Shown here: one piece after another, positions 30,509 to 39,426 of the stretch
Layout: the number at the start of each line of letters is the position of its first letter
Numbering within the stretch: position 1 is the stretch's first letter
Assembly: GCF_000737315.1 (NCBI RefSeq)
Contig: NZ_JMCB01000001.1
Span: 933,509 to 997,508, forward strand
DNA length: 64,000 nt
Source of the DNA: Hyalangium minutum
Lineage (GTDB): Bacteria; Myxococcota; Myxococcia; Myxococcales; Myxococcaceae
Reading direction: 5' to 3'
Notes under the pieces: generated by a model
The model's input: only the letters and a program-made list of their open reading frames with translations
Told to the model about the DNA's origin: nothing
Database searches by the model: none
Position numbers and translations under genes: made by a program

Positions 30509-32236
30509 CTACCGGCAGGCGGTCTTCTCGTTCAGGAGGTTGATGTGGCCCTCGGCGTTGCCCTCGAAGGAGACGGCGTAGATGCCACCATCGAAGCTGC
30601 CATTGCTGAAGGCGACGTGAGCCTGGGGCGCCAGCACCGTGCCCCAGAAGCCGAAGCCCTGAGCATCGACGCGGGTGGTGTCCACGAAGTTGAAGAGCAC
30701 GCCGTGCTGGTTGATGCCGCCACCGAACTGGATGCCGAAGCCGGTGAAGGTGGCCGAGGCGCCGCGGATGTTCACCACCACCAGCGAGTCGGCAGGAGCC
30801 TCGATGGACAGCAGCTTGGCACCGGTCAAGGCGCTGGCATCCACGTCCACCACGTTGGTGGTGGCGCTGGTGCCGCGCAGGAAGATGCCGCCCCAGTTCT
30901 CACGGCGGGTGGTGCCATTGGCCGGCATCGCGCCCAGCTGGGAGGACAGCTGGCGCAGCTGCTGCCCACGGGCCGCGAAGTCGATGGGCGAGCCCTGAGC
31001 AGCCGAGCCGCGCGGCAGCGTCACCGACGGATCGATGGTGAGCGCGCCGCCGTAGTGCACATCCCCGAAGACCGCGCCACGGGACAGGGAGAGGTTGCCA
31101 CCGACCACCAGGGTGTTGACCGTATCGCTGGTCTCCAGGCCCGAGCCCACGGCGAAGTCGGTCATGCTCATGTTGCCGCCGACAGCCACCTTGCCCACCA
31201 CATCGTGCCCGCCGGTGTAGTTGCCCAGCAGGAACAGGTTGTAGTCATTCAGGCTCACCCGGACGCACTGCGGAGTCGGCGGGGGGCAGAGGGTCTGATC
31301 GTCGAGGCGGTTGATGTGGCCCTCGGCGTTGCCCTCGAAGGAGGCGGCGTAGATGCCACCATCGAAGCTGCCGTTGCTGAAGGCGACGTGGGCCTGAGGG
31401 GCCAGCACTGTGCCCCAGAAGCCGAAGCCCTGAGCATCGACGCGGGTGGTGTCCACGAAGTTGAAGAGCACGCCGTGCTGGTTGATGCCGCCGCTGAACT
31501 GGATGCCGAAGCCGGTGAAGGTGGCCGAGGCGCCGCGGATGTTCACCACCACGAACGAGTTGGCAGGAGCCTCGATGGACAGCAGCTTGGCGCCGGTCAA
31601 GGCGCTGGCATTCAGGTCCACCACGTTGGTGGTGGCGCTGGTGCCGCGCAGGAAGATGCCGCCCCAGTTCTCACGGCGGGTGGTGCCGTTGGCCGGCATC
31701 GCGCCCAGCTGAGAGGACAGCTGGCGCAGTTGCTGCCCACGGGCCACGAAGTCGATGGGCGAGCCCTGAGCCGCCGAGCCGCGCGGCAGCGTCACCGACG
31801 GATCGACGGTGAGTGCGCCGCCGTAGTGCACATCCCCGAAGACCGCACCGCGAGATAGGGAGAGGTTTCCACCGACCACCAGGGTGTTGACCGTGTCGCT
31901 GGTCTCCAGGCCCGAGCCCACGGCGAAGTCGGTCATGCTCATGTTGCCGCCGACAGCCACCTTGCCCACCACGTCGTGCCCGCCGCTGTAGTTGCCCAGA
32001 ACGAACAGGTTGTAGTCGTCCAGGTTCACGTTGAGGCAGGACGGCTCAGGAGAGGGCTCAGGGGTGGGCTCGGGAGAGAGCTGCGGCGCGGCCTCTGCGG
32101 ACACGGAAGCGGACTGAGCCGCACCCTTCGAGGTGCTCTCCTCCGACGACAGCTCACCGCAGGCCATCAGGAGGGACACTCCCAACAGGCCGAAGGTCTT
32201 GGCAGGGTTCCAGTTCTTCTTGAAGGACGTGCGCAT
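30509..32236 (-). CDS. Lipoprotein with two tandem choice-of-anchor A domains
   Basis: Lipobox SLLMAC and a PEPTPEPSPEP linker. Two domains YNLF.LGNY.GGHDVVGKVAVGG...GTVLAPQAHV...FDGGIYA. Confidence 0.85.
   Translation of the reverse strand: MRTSFKKNWNPAKTFGLLGVSLLMACGELSSEESTSKGAAQSASVSAEAAPQLSPEPTPEPSPEPSCLNVNLDDYNLFVLGNYSGGHDVVGKVAVGGNMSMTDFAVGSGLETSDTVNTLVVGGNLSLSRGAVFGDVHYGGALTVDPSVTLPRGSAAQGSPIDFVARGQQLRQLSSQLGAMPANGTTRRENWGGIFLRGTSATTNVVDLNASALTGAKLLSIEAPANSFVVVNIRGASATFTGFGIQFSGGINQHGVLFNFVDTTRVDAQGFGFWGTVLAPQAHVAFSNGSFDGGIYAASFEGNAEGHINRLDDQTLCPPPTPQCVRVSLNDYNLFLLGNYTGGHDVVGKVAVGGNMSMTDFAVGSGLETSDTVNTLVVGGNLSLSRGAVFGDVHYGGALTIDPSVTLPRGSAAQGSPIDFAARGQQLRQLSSQLGAMPANGTTRRENWGGIFLRGTSATTNVVDVDASALTGAKLLSIEAPADSLVVVNIRGASATFTGFGIQFGGGINQHGVLFNFVDTTRVDAQGFGFWGTVLAPQAHVAFSNGSFDGGIYAVSFEGNAEGHINLLNEKTACR
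30540..32017. repeat. Intragenic tandem duplication, period 771 nt (30540-31246 and 31311-32017)
   Basis: Near-identical nucleotide copies, including most synonymous sites. Offset 771 nt = 257 codons. Confidence 0.92.
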
Positions 32237-32431
32237 AGGAGGCTGGGGGAAAGAGGCGCTCGGCGCCTGGGATTTCACTGGGGGTCAACCGCGGACATTC
32301 ATGTACCCGAAGTGAAATTTTCCTCGCAAGTCAAAATTCAGTCTTTTCACATTATTCCGCTATTTCTCAATTTATAAGATTCGAGGCACCGGTTTAGAAT
32401 GGGCCTGTCTGATCAGAAGCGGGGGTCTGTC

Positions 32432-33004
32432 ATGCAAAGGTTCGCGGTGTTGCTCGGTGGAGTCGTGCTCGCGGGTTCGGCGCTGGTCCCGGTGTCCGCG
32501 GAGGCCGCGGCACGGGTGCTCGGAAGTGGCTACGGCCGCATCTGTTACGAGGCGGCCCGGGCGGGACAGGCCTCGGCGCAGGGGCTGGAGACCTGCAACA
32601 AGGCGCTGGCCGAGCAGGAGCTGGAGCCCGCCGATCGCGCGGCGACGCTGGTGAACCGGGGCATCCTCCACATGTACGCGAAGCAGCACGCGCAGGCGCT
32701 CGCCAGCTACGAGGAGGCGCTGAAGGTGGATCCGGATCTGGCCGAGGCCTACGTGAACAAGGGCATCGCGCTGGTGAACCTGGGCCGTGACGCCGAGGCG
32801 GTGGCGGCGAGCAGCCGCGCGCTGGAGCTGAGCCCCTCGCGGCCGGAGCTCGCCTACTACACGCGCGGAGTCGCCCACGAGATGCTGGGCAACGCGAAGG
32901 CCGCGTACAACGACTACCGCCAGGCCGCGCAGCTCAGCCCCGAGTGGAAGGAGCCGCAGACGCAGCTCCAGCGCTTCTCGGTGCAGCCCAAGGGCCGGGG
33001 CTGA
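32432..33004 (+). CDS. Secreted TPR-repeat protein
   Basis: Signal peptide (AEA). TPR motifs ATLVNRGILH, AEAYVNKGIAL and LAYYTRGVAHE. Confidence 0.88.
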   Translation: MQRFAVLLGGVVLAGSALVPVSAEAAARVLGSGYGRICYEAARAGQASAQGLETCNKALAEQELEPADRAATLVNRGILHMYAKQHAQALASYEEALKVDPDLAEAYVNKGIALVNLGRDAEAVAASSRALELSPSRPELAYYTRGVAHEMLGNAKAAYNDYRQAAQLSPEWKEPQTQLQRFSVQPKGRG

Positions 33005-33102
33005 GCCTCACTCCCGGAGCACTCGGCCTGGAACTCGTGGAGCCTTCACCCCCGGGGGGCGTGAGGTAAGGTGCGCCCCCGCTCCCCTGTGCGTGAACCT
33101 CC

Positions 33103-34359
33103 ATGACCTCCGCTGCAACCGCAGCCCCTGCGCCTTCGAGCGCGCTGCGCAACCCGGGCTTTCGAATCTTCCTGCTCACGTTCCTGCTGGCCATGATGGC
33201 CGACAACGTCGAGCACGTGATCAGCTACTGGGTGGCCTACCAGAAGTTCCACTCGGCGGCGCTGGGGGGATTCGCGGTGGTGTCCCACTGGCTGCCCTTC
33301 TTGGTGTTCTCGGTGCCGGTGGGGGCGCTCAATGACCGGTTCGACTCCCGGCGCCTCATCCAGTGCGGAATGGTGCTCTTCATCATCGCCTCCGCGGGCT
33401 GGGGGTACTTCTTCGTCACGGACTCCCTGCAGGTGTGGCACGCGATGGTGCTGCTCACCCTCCACGGCTGCGCGGGCGTGCTGTGGAGCACCTCCAGTCA
33501 GATGTTGCTCTACGACATCGTGGGGCCGGTGTCCCTGGCCAGCGCGGTGCGCCTGAACGCCACGGCGCGCTACCTCGGATTCCTGGTGGGCCCCAGCGTG
33601 GGCAGCATCATCATGCGGACGCTCGGGCCCACCTGGGGCATCTTCCTCAACACGGTGTTCTATCTGCCCCTGCTGCTCTGGATGACGGGCGCGCCCTATG
33701 GCCGGCACTTCCGCGGGGCGGCCACGGGCCCCAAGCGGGCCGTCCGGGGGCTCGCCGACATCGTGCAGACGGTCCGCGACGTGCGCGAGCTGCCCGTGGT
33801 GGCGGCCATGGTGCTGCTGGCGGGGGCGGCGTCCTTCTTCATCGGCAACAGCTACCAGGCGCAGATGCCGGGCTTCGCGCAGGACCTGGGCCATGGAGAC
33901 CCCGGGCTGACCTACACGCTCCTGCTGGGAGCGGATGCGGCCGGAGCCCTGCTCGCGGGCATCCTGCTCGAGACACGGGGGACGTGGCTGCGCACCGAGG
34001 TGGCCTCCGCGATCAAGCTGGCCTTCCTGTGGGGCTGCGCGCTCTTCACGTTCTCGTTCATGCGTGCATACCCAGCGGCCATTGTCGTGCTCTTCCTGGC
34101 CGGTTTCCTGGAGCTGTCCTTCAGCAGCATGACCCAGGCGCTGGTCCAGCTGAATGCGCCGGACGCCATCCGTGGCCGCGTGCTGGGACTCTTCAGCATG
34201 TCGGCCTCCGGTCTGCGGGCCTTCAGCGGCATCACCGTGGGGCTCCTGGGGAGTGTCACCAACATTCACGTCTCACTCGCCGTGTCCGCCCTGGCCTTTG
34301 TGACAGTGGCGGGCGTGCTGCTCTTCCGGCGCCGCGCTCAGAGCACGGCGGTAGGCTGA
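33103..34359 (+). CDS. MFS transporter
   Basis: About 12 TM segments, GALNDRFDSRRL motif A and PDAIRGRVLG. Confidence 0.92.
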   Translation: MTSAATAAPAPSSALRNPGFRIFLLTFLLAMMADNVEHVISYWVAYQKFHSAALGGFAVVSHWLPFLVFSVPVGALNDRFDSRRLIQCGMVLFIIASAGWGYFFVTDSLQVWHAMVLLTLHGCAGVLWSTSSQMLLYDIVGPVSLASAVRLNATARYLGFLVGPSVGSIIMRTLGPTWGIFLNTVFYLPLLLWMTGAPYGRHFRGAATGPKRAVRGLADIVQTVRDVRELPVVAAMVLLAGAASFFIGNSYQAQMPGFAQDLGHGDPGLTYTLLLGADAAGALLAGILLETRGTWLRTEVASAIKLAFLWGCALFTFSFMRAYPAAIVVLFLAGFLELSFSSMTQALVQLNAPDAIRGRVLGLFSMSASGLRAFSGITVGLLGSVTNIHVSLAVSALAFVTVAGVLLFRRRAQSTAVG

Positions 34360-34469
34360 AGCGCTGGGCTCGGCTGCTCCCCAGGGGGCCTGGGCATGGA
34401 ACGGGTGCGTCAGCGTGTTACGAAGGGTTGCTTCCCCTCTCCGAGAGGGATTAGGGGAGAGGTGAAACC

Positions 34470-36380
34470 ATGGCCACGCTCGCTCGCTACCCCCACCCGT
34501 TCCTCCCCACGACCCGCGCCGACATGAAGGCGCGAGGCTGGGAACAGCTCGACATCATCATCGTCAGCGGGGACGCGTACGTGGACCACCCCGCCTTCGG
34601 GCCCGTGCTCATCGCCCGCTTCCTCGAGGGGCGAGGCTTCAAGGTGGGCATCATCGCCCAGCCTGACTGGCACTCGGCCGAGCCCTTCAAAGCGCTGGGC
34701 CCTCCCCGCCTCTTCTTCGGGGTGGCCGCCGGCAACCTGGACTCGATGCTGAACCGGCTCACGGCGCAGAAGAAGAACCGCTCCGAGGACCAGTACAGCC
34801 CCGGCGGGCAGACGAACTGCCGGCCGGACCGGGCCACCATCGTCTACGCCCAGCGCTGCCGCGAGGCGTACCCGGACGTGCCCATCATTCTGGGCGGCAT
34901 CGAGGCGTCGCTGCGGCGCATCGCCCACTATGACTACTGGAGCGACAAGGTGCGCCGCTCCATCCTCTTCGACGCGAAGGCGGACCTGCTCATCTTCGGC
35001 ATGGGCGAGCGCCCCGTGTGGGAGGTAGCGGACCGGATGCGCAAGGGCGAGCGCATCGATCAGATCCGCGACGTGCGCGGCACCGCGTACATCATCAACG
35101 ACGCGGAGATGAAGGCGCACGAGGCGGACCCGGCGAAGCGCGCGGCGGACCGGAAGACGGTGGTGCTGCCCTCCTACGAGGAGGTCATCGCGGACAAGCA
35201 GGCCTTCGCGGTGATGTCGCGGGACTTCCAGATGGAGACGAACCCGGGCAACGCGCGGCCGGTGGCGCAGCGGCACGGCAACCGGGCCCTCTACATGAAC
35301 CCGCCGGCGAAGCCGCTGGACGACGGGGTGGGCACCGGGGACGGCTCGGTGGCGATGGACGAGATGTACGACTTGCCGTTCAACCGGGTCCCCCACCCCA
35401 TGTACAAGGAGCGCATCCCGGCCTACGAGACGGTGAAGCACTCCATCGTGCTGATGCGCGGGTGCTTTGGCGGGTGCACGTTCTGCTCGATTACGGAGCA
35501 CGAGGGCCGCGTCATCCAGAGCCGCTCGGCGGAGAGCGTGCTGCGTGAGGTGCGGCAGCTGCGGCGAATGGGCGACTTCCGAGGGACCATTACGGATCTC
35601 GGCGGTCCTACCGCGAACATGTACAAGCTCAAGTGCAAGAGCGAGGCAATCGAGAGCAAGTGCCGCAAGCTCTCGTGCGTGCACCCGGGAGTCTGCGAGA
35701 ACCTGCAGACGGACCACGGCCCGCTCATCGGCTTGATGCGCGAGGTGCGGAAGGAAGAAGGCGTGAAGCACGTCTTCATCGCCAGCGGCGTGCGGTATGA
35801 CCTGGCGGAGCGCTCGCCCGAGTACGTGAAGGAGCTGGCGGCGCACCACGTGGGCGGGCAGCTGTCGGTGGCGCCGGAGCACGTGTCGCCGCGGGTGCTG
35901 GAGAAGATGAAGAAGCCGGGCATCGAGAGCTTCGAGCGCTTCCAGACGATGTTCGCGTGCGCGAGCGAGGAGGCGGGCAAGGAGCAGTACGACATCCCCT
36001 ACTTCATCAGCGGGCACCCGGGCTCGACGCTGGAGGACATGGTGGACCTGGCGCTGTGGCTGAAGAAGAACGGCAAGCGGCCGCGCCAGGTGCAGGACTT
36101 CATCCCCACGCCGATGGCCGTGGCGACGGCCATGTATTACACGGGGTTTGATCCGCTGAAGATGGAGCCGGTGTACACGGCGCGCGGGCTGAGGGAGAAG
36201 AAGCTGCAGAAGGCGCTGCTGCTGTACTGGAACCCGGAGCACTGGCCGCTGGCGCGCGAGGCGCTGGAGCTGGCGGGCCGGAAGGATCTGATCGGCCGCG
36301 GGCCGCATGCGCTGGTGCCTCCCGAGACCCCCGCCGAGGCCGAGCGCCGCCGCCGGACCGAGGAGCGCCGGTCCCCCTGA
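34470..36380 (+). CDS. ygiQ: YgiQ family radical SAM protein (UPF0313)
   Basis: [31 protein letters not shown] and [10 protein letters not shown]. Confidence 0.93.
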   Translation: MATLARYPHPFLPTTRADMKARGWEQLDIIIVSGDAYVDHPAFGPVLIARFLEGRGFKVGIIAQPDWHSAEPFKALGPPRLFFGVAAGNLDSMLNRLTAQKKNRSEDQYSPGGQTNCRPDRATIVYAQRCREAYPDVPIILGGIEASLRRIAHYDYWSDKVRRSILFDAKADLLIFGMGERPVWEVADRMRKGERIDQIRDVRGTAYIINDAEMKAHEADPAKRAADRKTVVLPSYEEVIADKQAFAVMSRDFQMETNPGNARPVAQRHGNRALYMNPPAKPLDDGVGTGDGSVAMDEMYDLPFNRVPHPMYKERIPAYETVKHSIVLMRGCFGGCTFCSITEHEGRVIQSRSAESVLREVRQLRRMGDFRGTITDLGGPTANMYKLKCKSEAIESKCRKLSCVHPGVCENLQTDHGPLIGLMREVRKEEGVKHVFIASGVRYDLAERSPEYVKELAAHHVGGQLSVAPEHVSPRVLEKMKKPGIESFERFQTMFACASEEAGKEQYDIPYFISGHPGSTLEDMVDLALWLKKNGKRPRQVQDFIPTPMAVATAMYYTGFDPLKMEPVYTARGLREKKLQKALLLYWNPEHWPLAREALELAGRKDLIGRGPHALVPPETPAEAERRRRTEERRSP

Positions 36381-36396
36381 GGCAGGAGGTGCTGCC

Positions 36397-37341
36397 ATGC
36401 ACGTGCTCGTCCTAGGCGGTGGAGTGTCGGGGCTCTCCTGTGGCATCCGGCTGCTCGAAGCGGGCCACACGGTGGAGCTCTGGGCGCGCGAGCTGCCGCC
36501 GTACACCACTTCGGATGTAGCGGCGGCGGTCTGGTACCCGTACCGGGCCTCGCCCCAGGACAGAGTGACGGCCTGGGCAAAGCGCACCTTCGACGTGCTG
36601 AGCGCGCTGGCGAAGCACCCCGAGACGGGCATCCTGGTGGAGCGTGGAGTGGAGCTCTTCACGGAAGCACCGCCGGATCCGTGGTGGGCGCCATGCGTGC
36701 CGAGCCTGCGCGCCGCGACACCCGAGGAGCTGTTGCCAGGGTTCACGCACGGCTACTCGTTCGAGGCGCCCATCATCGAGATGCCCATCTACCTGCAGTT
36801 CCTGTTGGCGCGCTTCCGGGAGCTGGGGGGCCGGCTCGATCTGCGCGAGGTGCGCACGCTGGACGAGGCGTGGCGAGCATCGCCCGTGGTGGTCAACTGC
36901 ACGGGCCTGGGAGCACGGGCCGTGGTGGGAGATGACTCGCTCTTCCCCATCCGCGGCGAGGTGCTGCGCGTGGCGCCGCCGCCGGTGAGGGGCTTCATCT
37001 TCGACGAGAGCGAGACGCGGGGGATCAGCTACGTCATCTCCCGCTCCAAGGACTGCATCCTGGGAGGGACGGCCGAAGACGGGAACCCCTCGCTGGAGCC
37101 CGACAAGGCCAAGGGTGCGGCCATCCTCGAGCGCTGCCGGCGGCTGCTGCCCGCAGGGGCCCGGTTCCAGGTGCTGGAGCACAAGGTGGGGCTGAGGCCT
37201 GGCCGGGCCACCGTGCGCCTCGAAGCGGAGCGAGTAGGCCAGCACCGCGTCATCCACAACTACGGCCACGGGGGCGCGGGCGTCACCCTGTCCTGGGGCT
37301 GTGCCGAGGAAGTGGCAGCGTTGGTGATTGCCGGCTCCTGA
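36397..37341 (+). CDS. dao: D-amino-acid oxidase (FAD-dependent)
   Basis: GGGVSG Rossmann motif, TSDVAAAVW, VVNCTGLGA, GLRPGR and HNYGHGGAGVTLSWGCA. Confidence 0.9.
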   Translation: MHVLVLGGGVSGLSCGIRLLEAGHTVELWARELPPYTTSDVAAAVWYPYRASPQDRVTAWAKRTFDVLSALAKHPETGILVERGVELFTEAPPDPWWAPCVPSLRAATPEELLPGFTHGYSFEAPIIEMPIYLQFLLARFRELGGRLDLREVRTLDEAWRASPVVVNCTGLGARAVVGDDSLFPIRGEVLRVAPPPVRGFIFDESETRGISYVISRSKDCILGGTAEDGNPSLEPDKAKGAAILERCRRLLPAGARFQVLEHKVGLRPGRATVRLEAERVGQHRVIHNYGHGGAGVTLSWGCAEEVAALVIAGS

Positions 37342-37445
37342 GGCCTACCCGCCCAGGCGCTTCCTTGAATTACCAATTCCACGGGAATATACGGCTTTCT
37401 CTGGTTTGGCGGCATGGAGCCGCCTTCTGTCGCGAGGAAGCCCGG

Positions 37446-39353
37446 ATGCGCACTCGACTGCTGGCAGCCTGTCTCACGCTCTCACTCACGGCTTGCGAAG
37501 GAGGGGCACCGGAACCGCGCCAGGAGCCGGAGGTGCAGGACGCGGCGCCCTCCTCCACGCAGGATCTCCAGTCCGCGCTCTCCGCGCTGCCCGGGACCGA
37601 GGTGGCTGGCACTCACGAGGACGGAGTGCCGTTCATGATCCGCGGGCCGCTCGGCACGGTGGAGCGCTCGCTGCGCGCCGCCACGGCCCAGGAGGCTCAC
37701 ACCCAGGCGAGCGCCGCGCTGGCCAAGGTGGCCCCGGTGTTCCGCCTGCGCGCTTCGGATCTCGTCGCGAAGCGAATCACCCGGGATGAGCAGGGGCACA
37801 CGCACCTGCGCTATGCGCAGACGCGCAACGGCCTGCCCGTGGTGGGACAGGAGCTCATCCTCCACATCGACGAGCAGGGGCGCGTCTACGCGGCCAACGG
37901 CTCCGCGCGGGATGGAGAGAGTGTCCCCTCCCCGAGCCAGGCCCGCCTGGCCTCCGAGTCCGCCACCGCCGCCGCCCTGAAGTCGACGCTGGGCGGTATG
38001 TCCACCGAGGGCACGCCGCGCCTCGTCTACGTCCGCGCCGACGCGGACCAACGCCTCACGCTGGCCTTCGAGGTGCTCGTGACGGGCGAGTCCCCTGAGA
38101 AGCCCGTCCGGGACCATGTGTTCATCCACGCGCTCGACGGCTCGGTGGTGGCGCGGTTCTCGGACATCCACGAGGCGCGCAACCGGCTGGTCTACTCGGC
38201 GCGGTACGGAACCACCGTGCCCGGCACCCTCGCGCGCAGCGAGGGAGGCGCGGCGACTGGGGACACCGTGGTGGACACGACCTACGACAACCTCGGCATC
38301 TTCTACGACTGCTTCTACGGGCTGTTCGGCCGGGACTCGTACAACAACGCGGGCGCCCCGCTGAGGGCCGTCGTGCACTACAGCCGGAACTACGCCAGCG
38401 CCTTCTGGAACGGCAGCTACCTGGTCTGCGGCGATGGGGATGGCACGACGATGGCCTCGCCCTGCGCGGACTCGGACGTCGTCGTCCACGAGTACACCCA
38501 CGCCGTCACGGACTACGAGTCGGGCCTGACGTACTCGGGGGAGTCCGGAGGCCTGAGCGAGAGCTACTCCGACATCTTCGCCTCCGTCTGCGAGAGCCGC
38601 ACGCGCGGCTTCGTGCTGCCGGATCCGGACGCCTTCAAGATCGCCGAGGACATCTGGACGCCCACCACCCCGGGCGACGCGCTCCGCTACCTGAATGATC
38701 CGAAGCAGGATGGAGTCTCTCTGGACTACTACGCGGACTACACCTCGAGCGTGGACGTGCACTACAGCTCGGGCATCCCCAACCTGGCCTACTCGCTGCT
38801 GGCACAGGGCGGGACGCACCCGCGGGGCCGCTCCATCATCAGCGTGACGGGGATCGGCGTGGAGAAGGCGGGCCGCGTCTTCTACCGGGCCAACACGGAC
38901 TACATGACGGCGACGACGACGTTCGCGCAGGCCAAGGTGTACACGGAGCAGGTGGCCACGGTGCTGGGCTACCCGGTGGCCTCGGTGACGGCGGCGTGGC
39001 AGGCCGTGGGCGTGGGCGTGACGGCGCCTCCGGTGACGAGCACTCCGCTCCACGTCGGCGTGACGACCACGGGCCTGTCGGGCGCCTCGGGCTCGCAGGC
39101 GTACTTCCACCTGGATGTGCCGACCAACAAGCCGGTCACCTTCACGCTCAGCAGCGGCACGGGTGACGCGGACATGTACGTGAAGTTCGGCTCGGCGCCG
39201 ACCACCAGCTCGTACGACTGCCGCCCGTACCTCTCCGGCAACAACGAGACGTGCAGCATCGCCGCGAAGACGACCTCGGGCCGCTACTACGTGATGCTGC
39301 GGGGCTACAGCGCGTACTCGGGTGTCTCGCTGCTGGGCCAGTACACGCCCTGA
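37446..39353 (+). CDS. M4 (thermolysin-family) metalloprotease with FTP/PepSY propeptide and C-terminal PPC domain
   Basis: HEYTH zinc motif, GGLSESYSD and VHYSSGIPN. PPC domain GDADMYVKFG...CRPY. Lipobox LSLTAC. Confidence 0.95.
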   Translation: MRTRLLAACLTLSLTACEGGAPEPRQEPEVQDAAPSSTQDLQSALSALPGTEVAGTHEDGVPFMIRGPLGTVERSLRAATAQEAHTQASAALAKVAPVFRLRASDLVAKRITRDEQGHTHLRYAQTRNGLPVVGQELILHIDEQGRVYAANGSARDGESVPSPSQARLASESATAAALKSTLGGMSTEGTPRLVYVRADADQRLTLAFEVLVTGESPEKPVRDHVFIHALDGSVVARFSDIHEARNRLVYSARYGTTVPGTLARSEGGAATGDTVVDTTYDNLGIFYDCFYGLFGRDSYNNAGAPLRAVVHYSRNYASAFWNGSYLVCGDGDGTTMASPCADSDVVVHEYTHAVTDYESGLTYSGESGGLSESYSDIFASVCESRTRGFVLPDPDAFKIAEDIWTPTTPGDALRYLNDPKQDGVSLDYYADYTSSVDVHYSSGIPNLAYSLLAQGGTHPRGRSIISVTGIGVEKAGRVFYRANTDYMTATTTFAQAKVYTEQVATVLGYPVASVTAAWQAVGVGVTAPPVTSTPLHVGVTTTGLSGASGSQAYFHLDVPTNKPVTFTLSSGTGDADMYVKFGSAPTTSSYDCRPYLSGNNETCSIAAKTTSGRYYVMLRGYSAYSGVSLLGQYTP

Positions 39354-39370
39354 CGCAGTCACGGGCTGAG

Positions 39371-39406
39371 GCGGCTCCGGATCCTGCTGTTGCGGCCCGG
39401 AGCCGC
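39371..39406 (+). terminator. Hairpin after the M4 protease gene
   Basis: 10-bp inverted repeat GCGGCTCCGG...CCGGAGCCGC. Confidence 0.5.
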
Positions 39407-39426
39407 CGGGTACAGTCCGCAGCCGC

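Noticed and set aside
34470-36380. Radical-SAM RiPP maturase with a nearby precursor
   Set aside because: The motifs identify the widespread YgiQ family. There is no SPASM/RRE domain or small precursor ORF.
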